Source of the DNA: an uncultured Acidobacteriota bacterium
GTDB taxonomy: Bacteria > Acidobacteriota > Terriglobia > Acidiferrales > UBA7541
DNA: 64,000 nucleotides
Reading direction: 5' to 3'
NCBI GenBank assembly: GCA_963754855.1
Contig: CAVWHL010000017.1
Coordinates: 26,075 to 90,074, forward strand
In this document: positions 9,644 to 19,335 of the stretch, one piece after another
Numbering within the stretch: position 1 is the first letter of the stretch
Layout of the letters: each line of letters opens with the position of its first letter
Notes under the pieces: model-generated
What the model saw: only the letters and a program-made list of their open reading frames with translations
Databases searched by the model: none
Told to the model about the DNA's origin: nothing
Position numbers and translations under genes: made by a program

Positions 9644-11234
9644 CTAGATGCGGCGGGGGATGTTGGGAAAGTCGAGCCAGACCTTGATGCCGCAGAAGTG
9701 GGAGCCTTCGGTGCAGATGGGGGTGGTGATGCCGGCGCGGAGATGGCAGGGCGGGCCGATGTAGCGAGCGAGTTCGGGGTGTACTTCGCGAAGCTGGGCG
9801 ATTTCGTCCATGGAGGCCTGGTAGATTTCTTCCTGGGCGTTGAAGCAGGTGCGCATGGTCCACTTGTGGAGAAGATGGAGAAGGGAACCAGATTCGTAGA
9901 GGCGAATGGACTTGGCGTTGGGGAGAAGATAGAGAGCGATTTCGGTAGGGACGCCGCGGTCGAGGAGCTGATTTTTGGCGGACCAGGCGTCGTGCATGGC
10001 GCGGTCGTAGACGTCCTTGGCGCGGGGATTGTGCGCGAGGAGCCTGGGAGTGATGTAGTCGGGTTCGCGAGTGTCGGCAAGGGTGAGAAGCGGACGCGAG
10101 CCGGGGACCATGCGATGGCGCTGGTCCTGGCTGTCGGCGGTGTGGCTGATTTTTTTGGCGAAGGTGTAATTGGCATGCTGGAGAGCGCGCATCATGGGGG
10201 CGTGGACGCCGACGTTGAGGGTTTCGAGGCGATAGAGATTGCGCGCGGGATTTAGAAGGCGGTCGAGGGCTTCGGCGTCCGGGCATTGCGCGGCAGTGAG
10301 GCCAGCGACGGCGCGATAGGATTCGGCGATGATGCGGATGGCGTTGGGGGAGTAGTCGACAAGTTTGGAGGTTTTGCCAGCGAGTTTCGAGTCGAATTCG
10401 CGGGCGAAGGATTCGCCGTTCGAAACGTTGGGCAGTTATTTCCTTCCATTCGGGAAGTTCCTCGAGAGGTTCCGTTCCAAAGCGATCGAAAAATTGGGCG
10501 TCGATTTCCTTGACGTGGGCAACCATGGCGCCGATGACGGCGCGAGCTTCGCTGGGCGTGTCCGAGGCGGCGGACATGCGCCAGAGGCGGTGGAGAACAA
10601 TGCCGGAGAGGGTGTGGACCATGGTGGTGAAGGCGGCGACGGGGAGAACGTAGCGGGCGATTTCGATAGCGCGTTTTTCGGCGGAGCGCTCGATTTTCTG
10701 GAGGCGCTTGGGATGGGACATGGGGCCGATGTGCCAGATGTCGTTGAGGATGGCGCGGGCGTCGCCGATGAGAAGAGCGGAGAGTTCGCGATAGGAATTC
10801 CAGGCGCGGGCGATGGCGTGTTCGTAGATCTCTTTGCACTTTTCGTCGAAGAAAAGAGAGACGGGCGGGACGTAGGCTTGCGCGCGGTCGAGGCGGACGT
10901 AGCGCTGGCTTTGCTGCTCGGAATTGTAAAAAGGATGGGCGTGGAGGAAGGACCAGACGAACTGGCGGCTGACGTTTTCGAGGCCGAATTCGAAATGGGC
11001 GTGCTGGTAGACGGTGTGATGGCCGCTGTAGAAAGTGGCGGCGCCGATGTTGAGGCGTTGCTTGTCCGTGATTTCTTCAGGGCCGATGAGGCGAGGCGCG
11101 TAGCAGGTACGCGCGGCGGCGATGGCGGAATCGAAGGGATGGGCGAAGGCGTTGCGGAGAGTGACGCGAGGCGGGGCGGTTTCGACGAGTTCGCCGGGAC
11201 GGGCATTATCGAACATGCGGGATTGGGTGGCCAC
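9644..11234 (-). CDS. thyX: FAD-dependent thymidylate synthase, tandem two-domain form, interrupted by a one-base frameshift at ~10436
   Basis: N-half AARTCY..GHHTVYQH..VSRQ..QQSQRY; C-half DSQDQRHRM..LYLLPNA..RTCFNAQEEI. Deleting one A at 10436-10437 joins the frames as EWKEILPNVSNGESFAREF. Confidence 0.85.
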
Positions 11235-11514
11235 GTTGGAGTTTCATTCTACACGGGAGGGAAGGAGATGGAAGTTGAAAGTCGAAAGTTCAAAGTTGAA
11301 AGGAATACAGAAGAAAGAACCAAGAGAAAGTAAAAACCGGCAGGAAGAAGATAACGCGGAGACGCAGAGGGCGCGAAGGAGCGCGGAGAGGAAGCTGCGG
11401 GGTCGTTTGCGTGATGGAAATCGCAGAGGGTCAGCAAAAAAGAGGACAGCCGCTTGTGCCAGTGTTTTGTCCAGGAAATTTCCTACAAAAGTCAGTGGAC
11501 GATTGGCACGCCGA

Positions 11515-11539
11515 CGGGCGGGGCAAGCCCCGCCCCTAC
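11515..11539 (-). repeat. GTAG-type REP-like palindrome
   Basis: Minus strand reads GTAG-GGGCGGGGC-TT-GCCCCGCCC. Confidence 0.8.
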
Positions 11540-11681
11540 GGCAATTTCCGGGGCCGAAGGCCATCGCAAGGTTTCGCATCGGGAAGCGGCGGCCCGAAGG
11601 GAAGTGTTGCTTGCAGCGGCGTAGGAAAAGCGGCAGCAAGGCCCCGACGAGAGCCGGGGTAAACTTGCCGCCCTCCCTAAG

Positions 11682-11915
11682 CTATTTCTTGGCGGCGCCG
11701 GCTTTGGCGGCGGCGTCGGCGTACTTCTTGGTGAAGCGCTCGACGCGGCCGGCGGTGTCAACGAGCTTCTGCTTGCCGGTGAAGAAGGGATGGCAGTTCG
11801 AACAGATTTCGACGCGAAGCATTTCGCCCTTGATGGTCGAGCGGGTTTGGAAGGTGTGGCCGCAGGCGCAATGCACCGTAACGGGATGGTAGTCGGGGTG
11901 AATATCGGCTTTCAT
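11682..11915 (-). CDS. rpmE: 50S ribosomal protein L31 (zinc-binding C+ type)
   Basis: [30 protein letters not shown]. Confidence 0.98.
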   Translation of the reverse strand: MKADIHPDYHPVTVHCACGHTFQTRSTIKGEMLRVEICSNCHPFFTGKQKLVDTAGRVERFTKKYADAAAKAGAAKK

Positions 11916-12006
11916 GTGGCTCCATTCTGTCGCGTCCGGTCTGCACGGCGGGTCCGACGAGGTCGGACCACTACAGCCGCGTCGCTAGGTCGCGAGGCAA
12001 TTCTTA

Positions 12007-12035
12007 ATGATACGCGAAGAGTCAAATTCCGCCAA
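12007..12035 (-). promoter_or_regulatory. Putative sigma70 promoter of rpmE
   Basis: Minus strand TTGGCG-17 nt-TATCAT, ~90 nt upstream of the ATG. Confidence 0.5.
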
Positions 12036-12155
12036 ATAGGGGAGAGGGCAGAGGGCCGGGGAATGGGGAAGAGAGCTGTACCGGGTTCAGCTTTGCTGAA
12101 GGGACGGGTTCGGATAGATTGAGGGCGTGATGTGTGGAGCTTTATGGGAGGGACC

Positions 12156-12644
12156 GTGTCCATTTCAAGAAGAATCGTGCTGACGGCGGTGATTGCGTCG
12201 TTGATGGGTTGGGCGGTGAGTGGAATGGCGGCGCTTGCAGGTGCGGAGGGGAAGAAAGAGATCGAAGGGTTCAATAAGAGATTCGAAGAGGTGACGCTGC
12301 GGATGGATAACGCTGGGGTAATGGCGATGTGGGCGGAGGATGGAGTGACGCTGTTGCCGGGGATGGCGCCGGTCGCTGGGAAAGCGACGATTGCAAAATG
12401 GCTGGACGACATCGTTGCAAAGATGCCGGGATACAAGGTCACGAAACAAGAGAACGAGTTTCACGACATCCAGATGTCGGGGGATTGGGCGTCGGAGTGG
12501 GGCACGACGTACCAGGTGGTGCAGCCGCCGGAAGGGAAGCCGGTGATTGAGACATATGGAAAGATTTTGCTGGTGCTGCACAAGGGCAAGGATGGCGCGT
12601 GGAAGATCAAAGAGGAGATGTGGAACGCGGGAGCGAAGCCGTGA
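12156..12644 (+). CDS. Secreted NTF2/SnoaL-like (DUF4440/YybH-type) protein
   Basis: GGAGG then GTG; signal peptide; WAEDGVTLLPG..GKATI, SGDWASEWG and DGAWKI motifs. Confidence 0.85.
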   Translation: MSISRRIVLTAVIASLMGWAVSGMAALAGAEGKKEIEGFNKRFEEVTLRMDNAGVMAMWAEDGVTLLPGMAPVAGKATIAKWLDDIVAKMPGYKVTKQENEFHDIQMSGDWASEWGTTYQVVQPPEGKPVIETYGKILLVLHKGKDGAWKIKEEMWNAGAKP

Positions 12645-12869
12645 AGAAATCCGCGGATCTGCGCAGCGGAGCTTTCGCGCTGCGGATTGAATTTGTGGCG
12701 GGGAGCGATTCGAATGCTCAAGCCGCACAGGGGCGGGGACTGGGGCTTGCGCAGGTGCAGCAGGCGCTGCTGTTTACGTCGCGCTACTTAAGGCAGGGGA
12801 TCGCGCAAAAGGGAAGCTGACGGCGATTTCGCGGAGAGGAAAAGAAGCCGCGCGATGGCGGAAAAATTT

Positions 12870-14165
12870 TCAGGAGACGAAAGCGCAGCCGACGCGGAAG
12901 CTGCCCTGGTCGGTTTGGCGCTTCCATACGGGCTTTAGATTGACGCGAACGGGCGGAAGAATCGGAACATGCAAGACCGCCAGAAGGCTCTCCGGAAGCT
13001 CTTCAGGGGAATCCATCTCAATGGCGACACCACCAAAGCCGAGATCCAGGACGCGGGCGCGCCGCGTGCCTTGTTCGCCGAGAACGGCGTAGGCGTTCGT
13101 GCCGGACATGGTGACGCGCTCGGCCTTGCGCTGAACGGCGAAGACGCGAGGAGCCGTGGCGGAGATTTCGGCAGAGATGCCCGCGGCGGTAGCCGAGGCG
13201 GCCGCGGCGATGGTGGTTTCGGTTTTGTCCGGGGCGCGTTTTGATTCAATGGAAATCGGAGCAGGCAAGGTAGCGGCACGCTCAGAGGGCGGGACCGGGG
13301 CAGTAGATTCTTCCTGTAAGGCGGAAGGGGGAGGAGGTTCGGCTGGCGCGGCGCCTACTGCGCTCTTGGTGTGGTTGGCGTGTTTCAATCGGTAGAGACG
13401 CTCATCGGCGATGCGAATCAGATGATCCGCCTGCTCGGCGTCTTGAGGAAAGATGGCGACGCCGTGGTCCATGCTGACGCTGATGGCGAGTTGGAGCGGC
13501 TGCAAGGTCTCTGAAAAAACAGTTTCGATGCGGCGGCAAAGGGCGAGAGCTTGCTGCGCATCGGTTTGCGGAAGCAGCAAGGCGAATTCGTCTCCACCGA
13601 TGCGGAACGCGGAGTCCGAGGTGCGCAGGGCTTTCTTGAGAGTGGTGGCGGCAGCACGGAGGACATCGTCACCCCGGGGATGGCCGTGCCGGTCATTGAC
13701 TTCCTTAAAGCGGTGGAGATCCAGAGTAACGAGGCCCAAGGGCAGACCATAGCGGCGCGCGCGATTGAGTTCCTTTTCGAGGGTCTCGGCGAAAAGCCTG
13801 CGGTTGTACAGACCGGTCAAAGGGTCGGTGACGGCGTTCAATTCAAGCTGCTTCAGTTGGTCGTATTCGATGATGATGGGAATGCGGAAGAAGCCAGCGG
13901 AGGAGAGGACATCCATGAGGGCAGTCTTCAAGGAAACCTGGCGGCCGAGGTTCTCGTTGAGTTCGCGGCGGCGAACGAGCATCTCGTCCCAAATTTGTAC
14001 ACATTGGCCTTCGCGCAGATCAAGATGAGTGGTCGCGCGGAAGTAACGTTGAAGAAACTGGCCGCGCGCCGGCAGATCAAGACTATCGAGCGTATCAGCT
14101 AGCAGCTCGAGAAAAGAGTCCTCGATCGGCAAGCGCGGGGGCGCAGGGGCGCCGGGGCTGGGCAT
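12870..14165 (-). CDS. Diguanylate cyclase with C-terminal PilZ domain
   Basis: DPLTGLYNRR, RTSD I-site and GGDEF; Pro/Ala linker; QRKAERV..DLGFGG PilZ motifs. Confidence 0.92.
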   Translation of the reverse strand: MPSPGAPAPPRLPIEDSFLELLADTLDSLDLPARGQFLQRYFRATTHLDLREGQCVQIWDEMLVRRRELNENLGRQVSLKTALMDVLSSAGFFRIPIIIEYDQLKQLELNAVTDPLTGLYNRRLFAETLEKELNRARRYGLPLGLVTLDLHRFKEVNDRHGHPRGDDVLRAAATTLKKALRTSDSAFRIGGDEFALLLPQTDAQQALALCRRIETVFSETLQPLQLAISVSMDHGVAIFPQDAEQADHLIRIADERLYRLKHANHTKSAVGAAPAEPPPPSALQEESTAPVPPSERAATLPAPISIESKRAPDKTETTIAAAASATAAGISAEISATAPRVFAVQRKAERVTMSGTNAYAVLGEQGTRRARVLDLGFGGVAIEMDSPEELPESLLAVLHVPILPPVRVNLKPVWKRQTDQGSFRVGCAFVS

Positions 14166-14242
14166 ATCCGGTAAACACCTGACCTCTGCCTATCCCCGCG
14201 GGGTTTGGGGAAAGCACATAAAGCTTTCTCTAGTTAAGGGGG

Positions 14243-14258
14243 AGCAAACAAGGGACCA
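14243..14258 (-). promoter_or_regulatory. Putative sigma54 -24/-12 promoter of the GGDEF-PilZ gene
   Basis: TGGTCCCTTGTTTGCT (GG-N10-GC). Confidence 0.6.
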
Positions 14259-14436
14259 TTCGTAATGGAGCCTGCCTGTCTCACCCATGAAACGAACCTC
14301 CCGAGAAATTGCCGCTATCTTATTACAAAAGAGAGGAATACGGAAAATGAAAGTCGAATGGCACAAAGTGAACCAAGGAGTGGATATAACATAATTACCC
14401 ATGAAAGCTTATAGGGTGTCAGGAAGTGGCGAAAAA

Positions 14437-14787
14437 TTACTCTAAAGGCCTGAGGAATTCCAATCCAAAAAGGCGCATGTCGCCGACTGTGTTCTGGCGC
14501 AAGACTTTGGCAGCGATAGGGGGAGTTTCGCTGGGAACTAGGCTGGAAGAGGCCGGGGAGGGGGCAGGGATGGTCAGTTGGACGGTCTGATCGGAGCGGA
14601 GGATATGTGCTGATGTAATGCAGGCGCCTGTAGCGCTTATGTTTAGAGTCTTAGTCAACTCAATGAATTCGGTTCCGGAAGCATCCACACCGCGGACAAA
14701 TACTGGCACCTGCAAGCGAATACGAGGTGAGCGCCGAGTCGACGATGATGCCAAGCGATACTTTTCCTTAAGAAGGTCAGTGTCCAA
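14437..14787 (-). CDS. Stand-alone PilZ domain protein
   Basis: RRSPR and NISATG motifs. Confidence 0.88.
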   Translation of the reverse strand: MDTDLLKEKYRLASSSTRRSPRIRLQVPVFVRGVDASGTEFIELTKTLNISATGACITSAHILRSDQTVQLTIPAPSPASSSLVPSETPPIAAKVLRQNTVGDMRLFGLEFLRPLE

Positions 14788-14825
14788 AGGGGCTCTCTTG
14801 GTACCTGGGAACTAGTACGGGAACC

Positions 14826-14841
14826 AGCATCTCGAGTGCCA
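14826..14841 (-). promoter_or_regulatory. Putative sigma54 promoter of the PilZ gene
   Basis: TGGCACTCGAGATGCT; IHF-like site at 14865-14890 and GGAAA-N4-CTTCC at 14936-14953 lie upstream. Confidence 0.72.
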
Positions 14842-15070
14842 GAGATCCACCCAAGCGTCCCAATTAAGATATGTATTTTGAGTAGTTTAGGGATAACTAC
14901 GGGATGAGGGATTCCGAATGAACCATCCGAGTTCTCGGGAAATCCACTTCCTTTCCCCAAATGTGCAAATGAAACGCTTTTACCATTGACACTTCAAGAT
15001 CGCTCTGCGAGGATGGGCAGCTTGATAGGGAAAATATTTACCACTTTATAAGGGAAGGCAGAATTTGACG

Positions 15071-16300
15071 ATGGCAGGACGAATTTCTATGCCTCCCCTG
15101 TCTGAGCAGCTTCCGCGAGCTGCTCTGCCGCTATCCTCCGTGAATGGATTGCTGGACGCGCTGGAAAAAGCGCTCGTTGTGGCCGAGCGTGACGGCAATA
15201 TGCTGCTAATGAATTCCCGGGCACGGCAGTGCCTTGAAGCACACGGATACAAGGAAATCTCAGGTTTAAACCTGTTCAAAGACGTGCTGCGCACTGACGC
15301 GAAGCAAATCTATGGTCAGATCGAGAAGGGCGAGCACGAGATAGAGCTCTCCATCGAGTGCGGCGGAATGAAATCCACTGCCTGGATCCAGTGGATGCCG
15401 GAGCCAGACTGGCTTGTGGTGCAGTTGGAGAAAAAAACGGAAGCGCAACCCGTTGCAGATCCCGCAACGCAGCTTACCGTGCAAGAACTGCTGCAGGAAC
15501 GGGAAATTACCTACCGGAATCTGCTGGCGGCGTATCTCAAACTCCAGGAAGTAAACCGCCAGAAGACCGTATTTCTGGCATCAGCCGCCCATGAATTGAA
15601 AACGCCGCTGGCGGTGATCAAGGGCTACTACGATCTACTGCTGGCCGGGTCGCTGGGGCGATTGACGGACAAACAGCGCGACATTCTGGAGGAATCGAAG
15701 GAAAGTTGCGAGCGGCTGGTGCGACTGGTTTCGATGTTCCTGAACTATTCGGCGCTGGAGAGCGGCAAGCTGGTGCTGCAGCTTCGCGAGAATGATCTGC
15801 GGGATTGCCTGGATGAACTATCGAAGCGGTGGTCCGAGGCATTCCAGCGCAAGGGAGTGAAGCTTGAGGTGAGCTTAGACCCTTCGATTGCAACGTTCCG
15901 GTTTGATTATCAGAAAGTGCAACAAGCGGCCGCCAATCTTCTCGACAACGCGTTGAAGCACACGCCGAACGGGGGCAGCGTCATGCTGCTGGCGGCGCCG
16001 CACTTCTGGGAGCGCCGCGTGGCAACCATGGCCCCGGTGGCAGAGCGGAGAAGGTTCCGATTGCCGCGACCGAACAGCGTGGAAGTGAGCGTAACGGATT
16101 CCGGAGCGGGGATCGCGGCGGAACATCATCAGGAGATTTTTGAAGATTTCGTGCGAGTGGACCGCAATACGTCCGGGATGGGCCTGGGGCTGGCGATAGC
16201 GAAGCGGCTGATCCAGGCACACCGCGGAAAGATCTGGGTGGAAAGCGCGACACCGAGCGGAAGCAGATTCACGTTTTTGCTGCCGATGGACCAGGGTTAA
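15071..16300 (+). CDS. Soluble sensor histidine kinase (PAS-like N-terminus, HisKA, HATPase)
   Basis: HELKTPL, NLLDNALKH, DSGAGI and GMGLGL boxes; no transmembrane segment seen. Confidence 0.93.
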   Translation: MAGRISMPPLSEQLPRAALPLSSVNGLLDALEKALVVAERDGNMLLMNSRARQCLEAHGYKEISGLNLFKDVLRTDAKQIYGQIEKGEHEIELSIECGGMKSTAWIQWMPEPDWLVVQLEKKTEAQPVADPATQLTVQELLQEREITYRNLLAAYLKLQEVNRQKTVFLASAAHELKTPLAVIKGYYDLLLAGSLGRLTDKQRDILEESKESCERLVRLVSMFLNYSALESGKLVLQLRENDLRDCLDELSKRWSEAFQRKGVKLEVSLDPSIATFRFDYQKVQQAAANLLDNALKHTPNGGSVMLLAAPHFWERRVATMAPVAERRRFRLPRPNSVEVSVTDSGAGIAAEHHQEIFEDFVRVDRNTSGMGLGLAIAKRLIQAHRGKIWVESATPSGSRFTFLLPMDQG

Positions 16301-16348
16301 GGCAAGAGTTGAGACAAAGGAATAGCTGAGACAGGAAGGAAAGAGCCG

Positions 16349-17809
16349 ATGGCCGTGAAAGAAAAAATTCTAGTCGTGGACGACGAGCCGAGCATTCGAA
16401 AGTACCTGCAGACGCTGCTGGAGGTTGACGGATTCGACGTCGAGGCGGTGAGCTCCGGGAGAGACGCGCTCGAGAGGGTGAACAAAGGAGAGCGCCCGGA
16501 CTTCATCATTCTGGACGTGCTGATGCCGGAGATGAATGGCATTGAGACGCTGAAGGAATTGATGCAGATCGACCGAAGCCTGAACGTGATCATGCTTTCG
16601 TGTTCGAACGAGGTAGGCACGGTCGTCGAGGCCATCCGCATCGGCGCGCACGATTATCTGACGAAGCCATTTGAAAAGACGGAACTGGACGCGGCGATGC
16701 TGAAATCGCGTCAGAAGAAAGAGCTGGTGACGGAAAATCAGGCACTGCGGGATTATTGCGACCAGGTGACCGAGGACCTGAGCTTCCTGGCGGCCAGCCC
16801 GCAGATGGTGCGGATCCGCCAGCAGATTCTGCAGATTGCGCCGGTGGACGTGCCGGTATTTATCTGCGGAGAGAGCGGGGTGGGCAAAGAAGTCGTGTCG
16901 CGGATGATTCATTTGCGATCGAAGAGGCGGAACCAGCCGTTCGTAAAGGTGAACTGCGCGGCATTGCCGGGAGAATTGCTGGAGTCGGAACTATTCGGAT
17001 TCGAGCAGGGCGCGTTCACCGGAGCGGTACGCAGCAAGCCAGGCAAGTTTGAAATGGCGAACAAAGGGACGATTTTTCTGGATGAAATCGCGGAAATGAG
17101 CACGCACCTGCAGGCGAAATTGCTTCACGTGCTGCAGGATCACCAGTATTCGCGGCTCGGCGGGCGGCACCTGGTAGAGACCGACGTACGCGTGCTGGCG
17201 GCGACGAACGTGGATGTTCACGAGGCGATGAAGACTGGGCGATTCCGCGAAGATCTCTACTACCGGCTGAATGTGCTGTCCATCAATGTTCCGCCGCTGC
17301 GCGAGCGGACGGCGGAGATTCCGCTGCTTTTCCGCCATTTCCTGACGAAGTACAGCGAGAAATTTGGCAAGACTCCACCGGGACCTTCCAAGCACCTCCT
17401 GGATGCGGCTGTTAATTATCCCTGGCCGGGAAACCTGCGCGAACTGGAGAATTTCGTCAAGCGCTACGTGATTCTGGAGGATGACGAAGGCAGTTTGCGC
17501 GAATTGGTGGAGATGTCCTCGACGAGGCAGAGGACTTCGCCGCGGGAAGAGCCCGCTGCACCGAAGGAGCAGGGATTGAAAGCGCTGGTGCGAGGCTTGA
17601 AGGACGAAGCGGAAATGGAGGCAATCGCGGACGCCCTGGAAAAGACGCGCTGGTGCCGTAAGGACGCCGCAAAAATGCTGGGCATCAGCTACAAGGCTTT
17701 GTTGTATAAGATGAGGCAGTTTAATCTGGATACGCCGCGGACGCGGAAGTCCGCAACGGCGGCAGCGGTGGAGGAAACGGCATCCGCAGTGGGCACGCGG
17801 CACGAATAG
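16349..17809 (+). CDS. Sigma54-dependent response regulator (REC-AAA+-Fis HTH)
   Basis: VVDDE..LDVLMP receiver; GESGVGKE, GAFTGA, FLDEI and WPGNLRELEN; C-terminal HTH. Confidence 0.96.
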   Translation: MAVKEKILVVDDEPSIRKYLQTLLEVDGFDVEAVSSGRDALERVNKGERPDFIILDVLMPEMNGIETLKELMQIDRSLNVIMLSCSNEVGTVVEAIRIGAHDYLTKPFEKTELDAAMLKSRQKKELVTENQALRDYCDQVTEDLSFLAASPQMVRIRQQILQIAPVDVPVFICGESGVGKEVVSRMIHLRSKRRNQPFVKVNCAALPGELLESELFGFEQGAFTGAVRSKPGKFEMANKGTIFLDEIAEMSTHLQAKLLHVLQDHQYSRLGGRHLVETDVRVLAATNVDVHEAMKTGRFREDLYYRLNVLSINVPPLRERTAEIPLLFRHFLTKYSEKFGKTPPGPSKHLLDAAVNYPWPGNLRELENFVKRYVILEDDEGSLRELVEMSSTRQRTSPREEPAAPKEQGLKALVRGLKDEAEMEAIADALEKTRWCRKDAAKMLGISYKALLYKMRQFNLDTPRTRKSATAAAVEETASAVGTRHE

Positions 17810-18035
17810 CCCGTCGAGGGCGGGAAATTTTTGACGGTGGGTTGGTCGAATTTGAGGCCTGCTCGAGCGGCGAAGACGTTGGACTCCCTGTAAGTATTAG
17901 GATGGGAGAAGCGGGAGTCCTTCACGACGATGGGGTTCGGCAAGTGGCGCAAATGGGGCTCGGAATGGGGTCAATTCTCAAGAGGGGACGCGGTCAAGTC
18001 CAGTTAGCCGCGAAGTGTGCCGGAGGATGGGGGAA

Positions 18036-18374
18036 ATGACGGAACGTCGTACTACTAGACGCTATGATTTATCCCTGCCGATCATCATACGGGTTCCGAC
18101 GGAGCGGGCTTTAGATACGCAGCAAGGTAAAACCCGCGATATTTCGACGCGCGGACTGTATTTTGTGATCGATCAGGACCTGGAAGCGGGATCGGAACTG
18201 GACATCACGCTGACACTGCCAGCAGAAATCACGCATGGCACGGAAGTATTCGTCCGGGCGATCGGAAAAGTTCTTCGGGTGGAGCGCCGCAATGAAGATG
18301 GCACCATCCGCATGGGGGTAGCGGCGGTGATCGAACGCTACGATATTATCCGCGGAGAAGCCGCGAAGGCGTGA
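18036..18374 (+). CDS. Stand-alone PilZ domain protein
   Basis: ERRTTRR and DISTRG motifs. Confidence 0.9.
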   Translation: MTERRTTRRYDLSLPIIIRVPTERALDTQQGKTRDISTRGLYFVIDQDLEAGSELDITLTLPAEITHGTEVFVRAIGKVLRVERRNEDGTIRMGVAAVIERYDIIRGEAAKA

Positions 18375-18535
18375 AGGAAAGCTGGTGAGTCCGGGGCGAT
18401 GGCGGTAAGAGCCAAGCCCGGGCGATGCGGTTGCGTGGCAAAGACCTTTTACAGCTGCCAGAATCCAGGATTTCCTGTTGCAATGCTGAGCGGAATGAGC
18501 CTACCATCCCGCAACACCCTCCCGTGGAGCGTCCT

Positions 18536-18970
18536 ATGAAAGTGACGGATCTAATCGGGCCCCGCAAGGAAGTATATTCCATCACCGAAGAGAGCAGTGT
18601 TCATCAGGCTGCGCAATATTTGCGCGAGCAGCAGGTGCGCTCGGTGGGAGTAGTGGACGCCGGCGGCAAAGTTGTTGGCGTGATCTCGCACAGAGATGTT
18701 TCCGACAAGGTCGCGGCGGAAAACAAGTGTCCGGCGTGGATGAAGGCTTCGGACATCATGACCCGAGAACTCATCACGGTGACACCGGAAATGGGACTAG
18801 AAGAGTGCCTGCTGCTGATGGAACAGAATAAGATCTACCATCTGGTCGTGCTCGATGACAAAAAGGGGTTTCTAGGAATGCTGTCCGTCAGCGACCTGCT
18901 GCGCGTGGTGGCCTCGGACGAAAAGGCACGAGCGGATTTGTTGGAAGCGTTCATATTCCCACCGAGGTAG
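18536..18970 (+). CDS. CBS-domain-pair protein
   Basis: VVGVISHRD, DIMTRELITVTP and GMLSVSDLL motifs. Confidence 0.9.
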   Translation: MKVTDLIGPRKEVYSITEESSVHQAAQYLREQQVRSVGVVDAGGKVVGVISHRDVSDKVAAENKCPAWMKASDIMTRELITVTPEMGLEECLLLMEQNKIYHLVVLDDKKGFLGMLSVSDLLRVVASDEKARADLLEAFIFPPR

Positions 18971-19190
18971 GAAGCCAAGAAACAATTTGTTGACAACCCA
19001 GATGTTCCCTTAGCCTCAGCTACCTGAAATGAGAAGGACAGCGAGAAGCAGCGGGATAAGTGCCGCTGGCTAGACTTCGCTCAGGGAATAGTTTGTCTCC
19101 TTTGCGCAATCATTTTCCGCATGAGTTTACATTGTTGAGAAGTAACAGGGCCCTGATTCCCTTCCGGACAGGGTTTGGGCCGATAACCGC

Positions 19191-19289
19191 TAAGAAGTTT
19201 ACAATCAATTACTTAGAGGCAGTTTATGATTCAAAGCGAGCTTCTTGAGCGGTGGCTGCCAAGCCCAGTTTTTTGGTTCTCTGAGTGCA
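19191..19289 (+). promoter_or_regulatory. IHF-consensus site plus putative sigma54 promoter
   Basis: AATCAATTACTTA (19203-19215) matches WATCAANNNNTTR; TGGTTCTCTGAGTGCA at 19274-19289. Confidence 0.6.
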
Positions 19290-19335
19290 ATAGAACAAGC
19301 AGCAAATTTCACGAGGAAATAAAGAAAGATTCCGA

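Noticed and set aside
8631-9698. Diversity-generating retroelement TR/VR pair
   Set aside because: The three mismatches are not adenine-specific and there is no reverse transcriptase in the window.
9450-10420. C-terminal half of the 594-aa ORF as a novel domain
   Set aside because: It is Arg/Pro-rich out-of-frame read-through; the ThyX-like sequence continues in another frame.
161-11333. Long antisense or alternate-frame ORFs (e.g. 4602-5603, 5482-6840, 7820-8719, 10365-11333, and similar ones across the window)
   Set aside because: They are shadow ORFs overlapping well-supported genes in high-GC DNA and have no recognisable motifs.
11471-11486. CAGGAAATTTCCTA as an enhancer-motif copy
   Set aside because: Zero spacer instead of N4, and no sigma54 promoter was seen nearby.
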